From NCBI GenBank assembly GCA_951406725.2, contig OX597827.1:63426001-63490000 (forward strand): a stretch of DNA of 64,000 nt. The letters run 5' to 3'. Below the pieces are notes generated by a model, which did no database searches, was not told the DNA's origin, and saw only the letters and a program-made list of their open reading frames with translations. Shown here piece after piece: positions 1-11,583 of this stretch; within the stretch, counting starts at the first letter, position 1; each line of letters starts with the position of its first letter. The position numbers were made by a program, and so were the translations under genes. Source of the DNA: Octopus vulgaris (lineage: Eukaryota).

Positions 1-1361
1 TGTTTACTTGATGGTTCGTTTACTAAACATTAGTAAGAATATCCACAGTGTACTTTCTTTATATAATGCCACTTACTTCGTTACCAATTCGTCAGCAGAT
101 TATTAAGCTTCGAAAGAAGGATAATTTAAGTATTGGGTCAATTGCAAAGATTGTTAACAAGTCAAAAAGTGTTGTTCACGGTATTCTTAAGGTCTACGAT
201 GATTGTGGTTCGTGTGAAGCAAGAAAGTCTACAGGTAGGCCAAGAAAAACGACCAAGAGAGAAGATCGTGCTATGGTAAAGTTGGTTAAAAAGAACAGAT
301 TTAAAACTGCTGCTGCTGCTGCTGTTTCTCGGGAAATGAGCATTGTACTGAAGAAAACTTTATCTTGAAAAACTGTGTCTCGTCGTTTAGTTGAACATGA
401 CCTACCAGCAAGAGCACCTGCAGTGAAGCCACTGATCAGCTCCAAGAATAAAAAGTGTCGTCTTACCTTTGCAACCGAACATGTGTTGTGGTCTCAAGAA
501 AAATGGCAAACGTTGCATTTCAGTGATGAATCTAAGTTTATGTTATTTGGCTCAGATGGGAAAAGGTACGTTCGTCGAAAAGTAGGTGAAAAATTGTCGA
601 CTAAATGCCTTAAGACTAGTGTTAAATTCGGTGGAGGAAGTGTCATGGTTTGGGGGATGATATCTGGAGATGGTATGGGCCCTTTGGTGCGATTACATGG
701 AAAGTAAAATGCAGGAGTTTATAAACAACTTGTAAAAGATCATGTCTTGCCTGTGCTGAGAAATTCAACTAAGCGACCACCCATATTCATGCAGGACAAT
801 GCCCTATGTCACAAGGCTAAAGTTGTCATGAACTTCCTCAAGGCTGAAAAGGTTATTGTTATGGATTGGCCTGCTCAAAGCCCAGATCTCAATCCTATTG
901 AAAATGTGTGGAATATTCTAGGAGAACGTTCGAAAGCCAGAAATCCTAAAACAACCGAGCAATTATGGAATGCCCATCAAGAAGAAAATTGAATAAGATC
1001 ACCCAGCAAGAAATTGAAAATTTAGTTTCCTCATACAGTCGAAGATGTCAAAGTCTGATTGAAGCTAAAGGGCTTCACGCTAAATATTAAATAATTCCGG
1101 TATTCTCTGTCATTTTTGATTATTTTGTTATTTTTTCAACCGTTCTGATCATTTTAGCCGGTATGGGTTTTGCAGTAAATCACTAAATCATCCATAAGTT
1201 TTGTATTTTCCTCTCACATTACACCAGAATCTCAGACAATAACAAATAATATCGTATTTATTGTCTGTGAAAATTATAGAATATAAAACAACTTTGATAA
1301 AAAAATTGTACCTACTTTTCTGACGAAAACAATGCCGTTCTGAACATTTTGGCCGCAACTG
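1..1361 (+). mobile_element. Tc1-family DNA transposon (DD34E), 5' end outside window, IR/DR-type right end
   Basis: Transposase remnants 66-1090. Right terminus ...CCGTTCTGAACATTTTGGCCGCAACTG (ends 1361) followed by TA. Inner direct repeat CCGTTCTGATCATTTTAGCCG at ~1140-1160. Confidence 0.93.
66..1090 (+). pseudogene. Tc1 transposase pseudogene (in-frame stops at 366-368 and 705-707, frameshift near 990)
   Basis: ORFs 48-368, 375-707 and 747-992 share one frame. Motifs GRPRKTT, FSDESKF, GGGSVMVWG, FMQDNA, WPAQSPDLNPIENVW; 34 residues between second D and E. Confidence 0.93.
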
Positions 1362-1457
1362 TATATATAAGTAATTTAAAGAAGACAGAAAATGGAGAAA
1401 TGTCGATGAACAACAATTAACTTACAACAATTATTATTTACTAATTCAATATAAATA

Positions 1458-1633
1458 GGCGTAGGAGTGACTGTGTGGTAAGTAGCTTGCTTATCAACCA
1501 CATGGTTCCGAGTTCAGTCCCACTGCGCGGCACCTTGGGCAAGTGTCTTCTACAATAGCCTCGAGCCGACCAAAGCCTTGTGAGTGGATTTGGCAGACGG
1601 ACACTGAAAAAACCAGTCGTTTGTATGTATATG

Positions 1634-1699
<66 letters not shown>

Positions 1700-1905
1700 T
1701 ATGTGTGTGTTAGTGTGTCTGTTTGTCCTCCCACAACATCGCTTGACAACCGATACTGGTGTGTTTACGTCCGCGTAACTTAGCGGTTCGGCAAAACAGA
1801 CCGATAGAATAAGTACTAGGCTTACAAAGAATAAGTACTGGGGTCGATTTGCTCGACTAAAGGCGGTGCTCCAGCATGGCCACAGTCAAAACAAGTAAAG
1901 AGAGA
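1458..1905 (+). mobile_element. tRNA-derived SINE family A (octopus-type, internal (TA)n/(TG)n microsatellite)
   Basis: A/B-box-like head GGAGTG(A/G)CTGTGTGGTAAG...GGTTC..., internal microsatellite, tail ...AAACAAGTAAA; near-identical sequence recurs >20 times in window. Confidence 0.9.
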
Positions 1906-1927
1906 AAAGAAATGCGAGACTGCATCT

Positions 1928-2042
1928 CGTCTAACAGCTGTTTCTGCTTCCAATGTTGTATGGTATTGCCATTGATATGCTGAAATATTTATCATATTTG
2001 GCAATAAAACAGATCTGAAACATGGAGCTTCTTCAGAGTGAA
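1928..2042 (-). ncRNA. Degenerate hammerhead ribozyme motif with extended helix II (Penelope-type repeat)
   Basis: Minus strand: CTGAAGA (2036-2030), ~85-nt rod (GCTCCATGTT/AACATTGGAAGC, TATTGCCA/TGGCAATA), GAAA (1944-1941), CAGCTG, GTT triplet; helix I weak. Confidence 0.5.
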
Positions 2043-2214
2043 GAGTAAATAAAGAAGATGATAGAGAAGAAAAAGGGAAAAGTTGAATATGGTTGTGGTC
2101 ATACCATTTTGCTTGCGTATCTCTTTGGGACGTTAAGTACTGGTAATATACCGGTAGTGTAATGGATATTTCTATCCCTTAGATGGTTATTTTAACCTCT
2201 GACTCAGCTAACCT

Positions 2215-2255
<41 letters not shown>

Positions 2256-2940
2256 ACACACACACACAACACGATATCGTCATTACCAGTACAAGATTCA
2301 GATCATACACAAACACATTAAGAACTCTGCATGACACATACAGTATGGCTAGACGAATACTAATCCTATAATAGCAACACATCGACATCGTTATATCACC
2401 ACCGGGCCAGCCAAGACCACCACCACTAGTGCTACCACCACCACCACCACCAATAACAACGACGACAACAACAACAACAGCAACAAACACATCTTAAGAC
2501 GACCGTTTCGAACGCGTCAATTGTTCTTGTGTTTTGTTTGTTTAACTGTCCAGCTTCCGCATCCATACAAGCGGTACATCCCTACAAGATGAACACCAAT
2601 TCGATTCTATATCCACCCTCTCATCCCACAGACAGACACGCACACAGACACATACATTACACACGTACAGAGCCAGGTTAGAACCAGACAATGTTAAATA
2701 ACAAGCACAGCATCCAACGCCAGCCCAGCCCAGCCTGCACCAGAAGATACAGACCACTTCACCATTCCGCCCAAACACCATACCGTCACCGTCATCAAAA
2801 TATCACCATATCACCTCTATACATCCACGCAACGTGAATACTATTCCATACTGCAATGCTGTGAGGCATATTTGAAGAACGGACTTGACATTGATAGGAT
2901 TCTTTAAGAAGCCACGTCTTCATCTAAGAACAATGGAATT

Positions 2941-2970
2941 CCTCTCTCTCTCTCTCTCTTTATCAATGAT

Positions 2971-3054
<84 letters not shown>

Positions 3055-3193
3055 CTTACATGGCTGTCTGTCCATCTGTCTCAACAGATTATCTGTCTAC
3101 TGGGTTAACTCTATACGTATTTTATTTATCTATATATATCTCTGTCTATATGCATAGTCACTTCATCTTTGTATCTGTATATATGTCTCAATT

Positions 3194-3254
<61 letters not shown>

Positions 3255-3378
3255 TTATCTATCTGTCTATTTTCCTCTCTATCTACCGAATCAATTCTCT
3301 ACCTATCATTTATCTATATATCACTGTCTATAGGCATAGCTGTCTAATAGTCATTCTATCTTTGTTTATCTCTTTCAG

Positions 3379-3446
<68 letters not shown>

Positions 3447-3793
3447 AACTTATCCATCACTGTCTGCCTCTTAGCTTATTAGTATTCGAATGTCTGTCTC
3501 AAGACACCACGCACACTTCTATATCTACATGTGCCTAAAGCTACGACTACAACTCTTTCTCTATCTCTCTCTCTCTCTCTCTCTCCTCACCAACATCAAT
3601 TTTTCTCTCTCCCACTCTTTCTAACACAAACATACTCACATTATTCTGCTATACCTTTCGTTGTATTACTCCCGTCCCACACATTCTCTCTGTCTCTTTA
3701 TCTCAGCCATGGCCTCAAGCGAAATACAAGATTTTTGGCAAGGAATCGATCTTGCGGAATGGATGCCTTCCTTGACTTCAACAAACACACACA

Positions 3794-3829
<36 letters not shown>

Positions 3830-4106
3830 TACACACACAGTAACACACATACACAAATACACACACAGACACACACACACACAAATACACACACACACAA
3901 ACACACACAGAGAGGCAAGCTCTCTCTCTCTCCCTTTCTCTCTCTCACCTCTCACCTCTTGTTCCTCTCTCTCTCTCTCTCTCTTTCTCTCCTTCACCGC
4001 CTTTCTGTCTTTCACCATATCTCTTCCTCATTCGCTTTCTCTCTCTCTCTCACTTTCTCTCTCTCACCTCTCACCTCTTTTTCATATCTCTCTCTCTCTC
4101 TCTCTT

Positions 4107-4141
<35 letters not shown>

Positions 4142-4226
4142 TTCTCTCTCTGCTTCACCTCCTTTCTGTCTTTCACCATCTCTCATCCTCTCTCACTTTC
4201 TCTCTCTCATCTCTCACCTCTTTTTC

Positions 4227-4260
<34 letters not shown>
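2941..4260. repeat. Microsatellite cluster (TCTA)n, (CA)n, (CT)n
   Basis: Directly visible tandem repeats. Confidence 0.95.
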
Positions 4261-4264
<4 letters not shown>

Positions 4265-4496
4265 GTTTCTCCTCAAATCCTCAGCATTAAGATTCCTTCC
4301 TCCTCCCAAACCAATCACAGAATCCTTTCGCTATTTTGTTCCTTTCTCATTCTTTACTTTCGTTGATGTTTGTCTTTATTCTCTATGGCAGAGAGCATCA
4401 TAAACATACACATTCTTATACATACACAAACACACACACATTTACATATACGCACATATGTGTACATTACACATGTGTGTGTGCGTGTATGAGTGC

Positions 4497-4652
4497 GGGC
4501 GGGTGTATGGTAAGTAGCTTGTTTACCAACTACAGGGTTCCAGGTTCAGTCCCACAGCGTGATCCCTTCAGCAAATATATTCTACTATAGCCTCGGGCGG
4601 ACCAAAGCCTTGTGAGTGGATTTGGTAGGCGGAAACTGAAAGAAGCCCGTCG

Positions 4653-4732
<80 letters not shown>

Positions 4733-4918
4733 TCCCCCACAACATCGCTTGACGACCGAAGCTGCTGTGTTTGCCGTCCCCGTAACTTAGCGGTTCGGCA
4801 AAAGAGACCGATAGAATAAATACTAGGCTTACAAAGAATAAGTCCTGGGGTCGATTCGCTCGACTAAAGGCGGTGCTCCAGCATGGCCGCAGTCACATGA
4901 CTGAAACAAGTGAAAGAG

Positions 4919-4919
<1 letters not shown>
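4497..4919 (+). mobile_element. SINE family A copy
   Basis: Matches 1458-1905 and 34299-34683. Confidence 0.9.
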
Positions 4920-4965
<46 letters not shown>

Positions 4966-5009
4966 GTATATATATATATATATATATATACGTAATTATA
5001 ACGTGTGTA

Positions 5010-5435
5010 ATATTGGTTTCAAATTTCGGGAGAGAGGCCAAGTCGATTACGTCCACCCTAGTGTTCAACTGGTACTTATTTTATCGACCCCGAAATGATA
5101 GAAGGCAAAGTCGACCTCGGCTGAATTTGAACTCAGAACGTGTAGACGGGCGAAATTCTGCTAAACATTTTGACCAGCGCGCTAACGTTTCTTATTTCTA
5201 TATTGCCTACGAGGAGCTAAACATAGAGGAGACAAACAAGGACAGACAATGGGATTAAGTCGATTAAGTCGATTACCTCGACCCCAGTGTGTAACTGGTA
5301 CTTTATTTATCGAAGACCGAAAGTTTGAAAGGCAAAGTCGACCTCGGCGGAATTTGAACTCAGAACGTAGCGGCAGACGAAATACCGCAAAGCATTTCGC
5401 CCGGCGTGCTAACGTTTCTGCCAGCTCGCCGCCTC
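5010..5435 (-). mobile_element. SINE family B, two adjacent copies
   Basis: Reverse complement of GGCGGCGAGCTGGCAGAAACGTTAGC...GAGTTCAAATTCCGCCGAGGTCGACTTTGCCTTTCATCC unit. Confidence 0.85.
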
Positions 5436-5553
5436 AAGAAGTGATGGAAAATAGAAAGGCAATACGCAAATGGAGAAAGCTACATGATTTAATATCATCA
5501 GGAAGTGGGTAGTAGCATTGTAAAGTACTTACAGGTTTTTTTCAATTTTTTAC

Positions 5554-5554
<1 letters not shown>

Positions 5555-5594
<40 letters not shown>

Positions 5595-5606
5595 TTCATC
5601 ATCATC

Positions 5607-5677
<71 letters not shown>

Positions 5678-5691
5678 TATTATTATTATCA

Positions 5692-5762
<71 letters not shown>
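5555..5762. repeat. (CAT)n followed by (TAT)n microsatellite
   Basis: Directly visible. Confidence 0.97.
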
Positions 5763-6030
5763 GAGTGAGAGAGCAGTGCATGCCATCAAAGTGACACTGG
5801 GGTAAAATATACGAAGCCCAGTATACCCATCATGACTACCCGTCTGATAAGGGTACACTAGGCACATGCATCACAACCATATGTGTGCGACATAGTGATC
5901 TCATATCAGGATAAACAGCACATGACCTTGCAGGTGGGGCCCAGTTAGAATTTTCTTCGGGTCGAGTAGCCCATCCTGCTCAAAAGGTCCCTGAATAAGG
6001 ATTGTTTAAGGATGTTGAACGAAACACCCA
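5677..6030 (-). mobile_element. Probable 3' end of a non-LTR retroelement with (AAT)n tail
   Basis: Complex GC-normal segment abutting a long (TAT)n tract, as expected for a simple-repeat tail on the minus strand; family assignment uncertain. Confidence 0.4.
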
Positions 6031-6365
6031 TTATTATTATTATGCAACGATGGATCTCGGAGCAGATAAAGTAGGTATAAAAAGCCTTCGAATAAAAGGT
6101 AAACGTTAGAGAAACAGTAAAGCGATTAGAAGAAGGAGTTTAGATAAGTAGATAGGAATACGTTAAGATTATAAATTGTTCAACGTATTTTTATTTGCAA
6201 GAGCGATAGCACTGTATATGTTTTTTACGCTTGAAATATACTCTTTTGTTCACCTGCTTCAGCATGCGAGCTGTGGTGGCCATGCTGGGGCACCACCATT
6301 GTTGTTGCTATTCTTCTCCTAAAATCAGCAAAAGGAGTGTAGTGAACTTGCTGTGCGGAGTGGAA

Positions 6366-6403
6366 ATTCCGACGTTTTGGACTGAGTCCTTCTTCAGGAA
6401 AAA
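6366..6403 (-). ncRNA. Minimal type I hammerhead motif, GAAA mutated to AAAA
   Basis: Minus strand TTTTC-CTGAAGA-A-GGAC-TCA-GTCC-AAAA-C-GTC-GGAA: 4-bp helix II, GTC cleavage triplet, helix I TTTC/GGAA. Confidence 0.6.
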
Positions 6404-6584
6404 GTTGACAGAAAAGAAATTATACATGTTCAATTTTTCACTCTCCGTAGCAAGTTCATCGTTTTCTTTTTGTCGATTTTAACAAATAATATAAGTCTTG
6501 CCAACACAGACCAACACCAGTCTCTTTAGAATGTGTTCGATCGTATATTCTTTTCGTAACCCCTCTTCTTTAGGTGTCTTTTTT

Positions 6585-6738
6585 TCTCTTTTTCGTGAAT
6601 GAGGGAGTTTGATGTTGCTCCCCTTATTTGCGTCACTGGCCGTGAAATAGGTTCATATGGAATCCCATCTAAAATGATGTCCAGTTGTAGTTTTCTCTTG
6701 AAAGCATAAACATCGTGTAAATTTCTTTTTAACAGAAT
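6585..6738 (-). mobile_element. CR1/L2-group LINE ORF2 C-terminal remnant
   Basis: Translation RNLHDVYAFKRKLQLDIILDGIPYEP...RGATSNSLIH fits the FKxxLDxxLxxxPDEP...SNSL C-terminal pattern. Confidence 0.6.
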
Positions 6739-6739
6739 A

Positions 6740-7132
6740 CTAGCAGTATTGCCCAGCGTTGCTCGGGTTTGTTTCGACCCTTTAGAATTGGAATTTTTGA
6801 AAAGTAAAAATTTTGCATTATGTAGCTTGTTATTCTCTTTAAGTGAACATTTTTCTGGTTGAAATACACCGAAAAATGGCGACACAACAGTCAAAATATC
6901 GTAGAAAAATAGGGATTTTCATAGAAAAAAAGCACCTTTTTGATGCAAATAATTTTTGGTGTTCACATGGTCCGATTTGAATTATTTTCTTCTACAAAAT
7001 GAAGAGCAAGCCGTCTTCTATCATACTCTCAATTTTGGTCAACTTGCGCCGCAGGGTCTCGGATAGATAGTGTTAGTTGAAGGCTACCAAACCTGCCATA
7101 CACAGACAACTTCAGCTTTATATAGAGAGAGA
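6740..7132 (-). mobile_element. Non-autonomous Helitron, family H1
   Basis: Minus strand starts TC, ends CTAG (6743-6740) preceded by hairpin CCCGAGCAACGCTGGG; sits between host A and T; no TSD; 4 copies in window. Confidence 0.85.
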
Positions 7133-7499
7133 TTGAAGAGTTGTGGGCTTTCGAAATGTAAAATATTAAAGTATCTGGTCCCATTTCTTGATGGTGAATT
7201 TCAGAATGCTTAACTGGAGAATGCAAAGGGTCGCTGAAGTAAGGATGCAAAGACGATTTGAAAATCAAACAAGAGATAGATATACTCGATTACCGATTAA
7301 TATTTGGAGGGATTATTGCTATCTTTATGGGGTTTCTTGTTTCATTTTAATTTCATATAATAACATAAGAGTTTCTCCGTTATTGTTATATTGTAGTAAT
7401 ATATGATTTTATCTTTTTGTGTTTGGATTGAGGTGTATATAATTTTATATATAGTTTAAGTGATGGAAGTTGACATATACATAACAGATATTTACCAAG

Positions 7500-8317
7500 A
7501 CGCGTGTTGAGACCTTGAAGCGGTTTGTGAGAACAAAAAGTACAAATAAACAGGATATTATGTTATTTACTCGGTAGGTAAAGTAAATGTGCGTAAGAGC
7601 TACTTACTCTGATGAGAAACTAATTCCAGCTTTAAGTTCAACAAACAAAGCGGCTGCATCGTATATATAATATTTTTCGGATAAGCAGATGAGGCATTTA
7701 AATCCGTTAATATATGAAAGTGTACTTTCGATTTTAATCATTTATCAGTCCATTCTAAATTTATTAAAACTTCAATCCTTCAAGTTTCAAAGATATTTGC
7801 TAAGATGTGTTTCCCTGTGAATAAGCTTGATGATAAAATCTTGTTTAAAAGATATTTTCAATTAGACCTGTATAATGTTTCGTTTCATTATCCTTTTGTA
7901 TTGAGATCCTCACACAGTATTCAACATTGTTAAGTTATCCTTATATAGTCAAGTATCGGTGGAAAAGAAGTTAGATGAAGCGGTGAGTTTTATGCATCTG
8001 CACGCATCAGATTATCAAACTTTTCCTATTCTAAGTACCGTAAATCCTCGAGTATAATCCGCATTTTTTTCCCAAAATTTAAAGGTCAAAATCCCTAGTG
8101 CGTACTATATACGAGGTTAAAAATGAAAATTATTTTCTAAGCAATGTCCGAGACTCTATTTGCTGTCCGGCAATGTTTATTCAGACGCATTTTGTGATGA
8201 CGGGCGCGAAAATACCTTAAATCATCCATAACTTGCAATAAGCAACATTTATTAAACGTTATTACTGTTTATTTTCTGCAAACAAAATGCACAAAAGAGC
8301 TACATGTTTGCATTATG

Positions 8318-8363
<46 letters not shown>

Positions 8364-8960
8364 GGACGTTACGGTATACATTTTTACAAACCAAGGACGT
8401 TATATAGACCGCTTTGACTCAAGTTAGAGAAGATGTGCGTCTTATCCACAAGGTTTAGGTTTTTCAGAGGTACAGCCCCCTAAAAATCTCCTGCGTATTA
8501 TACTCATGGGCGGACTATACTCGAGGATTTACTGTAGCTATAAAGACAGTAAAGTGGTCAATGCAGTTCTAAATACTATTACCATTACATTTTAATTTCA
8601 TGTGGAACTTATAATATGGATCAAATGATTTTTATATTAGATTTAATAAAGTTTGGCGATGTTTTTAGGATTGACAGGTAAACTAAAAAGTTGCTTCTTT
8701 TTGTAATATTCTGTTCTTATGTATAATGGATGCCTTCTTTAAATTCTCTTCTTAGCGCTACGCTTATCATGTTTTCTTAATATCGAAAGAATAATTAGAA
8801 CAATTATTTGATATAATGTAAAATTTAATTGGGATTTCTGTGAGGGTCATATTTTCCAGAGTTTAAGCTTATGGAAATATCGGAGAAATCAGCAATGTTG
8901 AAATTCGAGTTATCACTGATCTTTAAGTTAAATCAACGAACGTGTCAGTTGGACGTTTTC
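7500..8960 (-). pseudogene. Heavily decayed Penelope-like (PLE) RT remnant interrupted by a MITE
   Basis: Minus translation near 8920-8780 LKISDNSNFNIADFSDISISLNSGKYDPHRNPN resembles the PLE RT LKI...VDFLDV...GKY.PYRKPN motif; many stops; boundaries approximate. Confidence 0.5.
8038..8534. mobile_element. Tc2/pogo-like MITE
   Basis: TIRs CCGTAAATCCTCGAGTATAATCCGC / GCGGACTATACTCGAGGATTTACTG, flanked by TA on both sides. Confidence 0.88.
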
Positions 8961-9069
8961 ATAATCCGTTTGGTGGTTACTCAATACGAGAGCGAATCAA
9001 TCCATCCTATCTATAAAACTCTGTCTCTCGTGAGTTGAGTTTTTTTCGGGGTCAGTCTGATATTGTTGT

Positions 9070-9360
9070 TTGTTGTTTGTTCCTTCTCGAGCCACGCCTG
9101 GCTTACAATAAGAGCCGGTTTCCCGGTTTCCTTGGAGTATAGGTTCCCCATCTAGACAGGACGCCGGTCTGTCGCAGGTGAGCTGCAAGATGCAAGAAGA
9201 CAGAGTGAGAGAAAGTTGTGGCAAAAGAGTCAGCAGAAGTTCGCCATTACCTTCAGCCGGAGCCGGGTGGAGCTTAGGTGTTTCGCTCATAAACACACAC
9301 ATCGCCCGGTCTGCAACCCCTCGACCGCGAGTCCGCTGCTCTAACCACTCAATGTGGCTC
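9070..9360 (-). mobile_element. tRNA-derived SINE family C (OR-like body, tail T1)
   Basis: Head/body shared with 30165 and 31810 copies. Confidence 0.75.
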
Positions 9361-9544
9361 TAATAGTCTGATATAGGTAAAACAAATTACATTTTCAATT
9401 CCGTCAAAGCATTCTATAGGACTGTTAAACAGTTCCGTATAATTATGTCTGGCCCAGAATGAAACCTCAAAAAAGAAGAGATTTTCAGGTGTTTATAATT
9501 ACATTAATGTATGTATACTGCTAAAGGTTTTACTAGAATTACTC

Positions 9545-9720
9545 TCTTTACTCTTTTACTCTTTTACTTGTTTCAGTCATTTGACTGTGGCCATGCTGGA
9601 GCACCACCTTTAGTCGAGCAAATCGACCCCCAGGACTTATTCTTTGTAAGCCCAGTACTTATTCTATCAGTCTCTTTTGCCGAACCGCTAAGTTACGGGG
9701 ACGTAAACATACCAGCATCG
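9545..9720 (-). mobile_element. SINE family A, 3' half
   Basis: Sequence identity to family A tail. Confidence 0.85.
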
Positions 9721-9919
9721 GTTCCGTTGATCGGATCAACTGGAACCCTTGTCGTCGTAACTGACGGAATGCCACACGTCTCTCAGGGATGACCTTTATA
9801 ATAATGCTGGTGCGAGTGCTTCGCGTCATGAGGCGGTGGTTGTGGTGAGTGTGATGGTTGCGGTAGTCGTGATAGTTGTAGCAGTGGTGGTGGTGTTTTA
9901 TGGAGGTAGTTGTAACGGT

Positions 9920-10327
9920 GTGTGGCTGTGGTGGTTGTGGTAGTTGTGATAGTTGTGGTGTTTGGACTATTTGCGGCAGTTGTGGTGGTTGTGGTAGTTG
10001 TGGTGGTTGCGGAAGTTGTAGTGGTTGGAATATTTGTGGTAGTTGTAGTGGTTGTGGTGGTTGTGGTGGTTGTGGTAGTTGTAGTAGTTGTGATGGTTGT
10101 GGTGTTTGTGCTAGTTGTAGTGATTGGAATATTTGTGGTGGTTGTGGTGGTTGTGGTAGTTGTAGTAGTTGTGATGGTTGTGGTGTTTGTGCTAGTTGTA
10201 GTGGTTGGAATATTTGTGGTAGTTGTAGTGGTTATGGTAGTTGTGGTGGTTGTGATGGTTATGATGATTATGGTGGTTATGTTGATAGTTTTGTGCTGCT
10301 GCTACTGATGATGATGACGGTGGTGGT

Positions 10328-10358
<31 letters not shown>

Positions 10359-10400
10359 GTGGTGGCGGTGGTGGTGGTGTTGGTGGTGGTGGTGGTGGTT
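9920..10400. repeat. 9-bp-period (TGTGGTRGT) minisatellite with 81-99 bp higher-order units, then (GGT/GGC)n
   Basis: Marker TGGAATATTTGTGG recurs in units starting ~10021, ~10120, ~10201. Confidence 0.9.
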
Positions 10401-10819
10401 TGTGGTGGTACTAATATCTTGTGGTGCTGGTAGTATTCGCTGTGCTAGCGGGTATCGATGGTAGTATTTGCAATGGTGGTGGTCTTATTTGTAGCGACGG
10501 TGGTTGAGATGATAGCGTCTGTAGCTTGTGGTGATGATCGTCGCGCGTTATTTCTTCTCGCCGGTGTCATTGTCAATTCCACTGAAGTTTTCCAAGTCTT
10601 GAGAAACCAAACGGAGAAAAACAATTTAATAATTAATTATAGTCTTGAAACAAAAAACTGGCTGGCACTGGCACACACACGCGCACGCGCGCACACACGA
10701 ACACAGACATTGAAACACACGCGAGCACACAAACACATACACACGAACACATACATACGCACACACACATATATGTATATATACCTGCGTATATGTGCTT
10801 GTATATATGCATAAGCGTG

Positions 10820-10824
<5 letters not shown>

Positions 10825-10851
<27 letters not shown>

Positions 10852-11315
10852 CATACATTATGGCTGCCCACCTTGTTATCAAGTATGGCCATTGCACGAA
10901 GCTTAACTGTTACTGGTGCTGTGATCGAATGTGACTTTTTAGCCCAGCTAAAGATCTACAATGTCTTGTACAAAATTGGCAGCTAAAACCTTTACTGGTA
11001 ATAGCCGGCTGTAGTTGTAACTGGGCTTCATGTACCTTTGCATGTCGTTTAAGTCCTCCTGCCGAATTACACTCTTTTCTACATGTCTGACAGATATGAT
11101 TAGTATGGTGTGTTACACCACCACCAGTGGCCAGGTTGTCACTCATCTGACTCGTTTTATGACTACGAAGATGACTCATGAGTCCAGCTTTACTGAGGCA
11201 GGGTCTTGCACAGACATTGCATGTCAGAATCAAAGGAAGACCCTTCCCTTCTGGAAGTGTAACAGCGATGCCCTTCCTGACATCCCTCCGTACTTTCTCC
11301 TTACATTGCACGATA
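10825..11315 (-). mobile_element. RTE-type LINE 3' end with three C2H2 zinc fingers and (ATGT)n tail
   Basis: Translation CNVC...SKAGLMSHLRSH, CQTC...SAGGLKRHAKVH, CQFC...SLAGLKSHIRSQH*; stop at 10912-10910, ~50-nt UTR, then (ATGT)n. Confidence 0.75.
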
Positions 11316-11317
11316 AC

Positions 11318-11583
11318 TACATATATACATACATACATATATACATACATACATACATACATACATACATACATACATACATACATACATACATACATAC
11401 ATACATGCATACATACATACATATATACACACATACATGCATACATACATACATGCGTACATACATACATACATACAAACATACATACATACATACATAC
11501 ATACATACATACATACATACATACATACATACATACATACATACATACATACATACATACATACATACATACATACATACATA
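11318..11583. repeat. (ATAC)n microsatellite
   Basis: Directly visible. Confidence 0.97.

Noticed and set aside
3531-4403. 290-aa ORF
   Set aside because: Made of (CT)n and (CA)n repeats; no domain signal.
7605-7625. CTGATGA-GAAA hammerhead core
   Set aside because: No helix II between the two cores.
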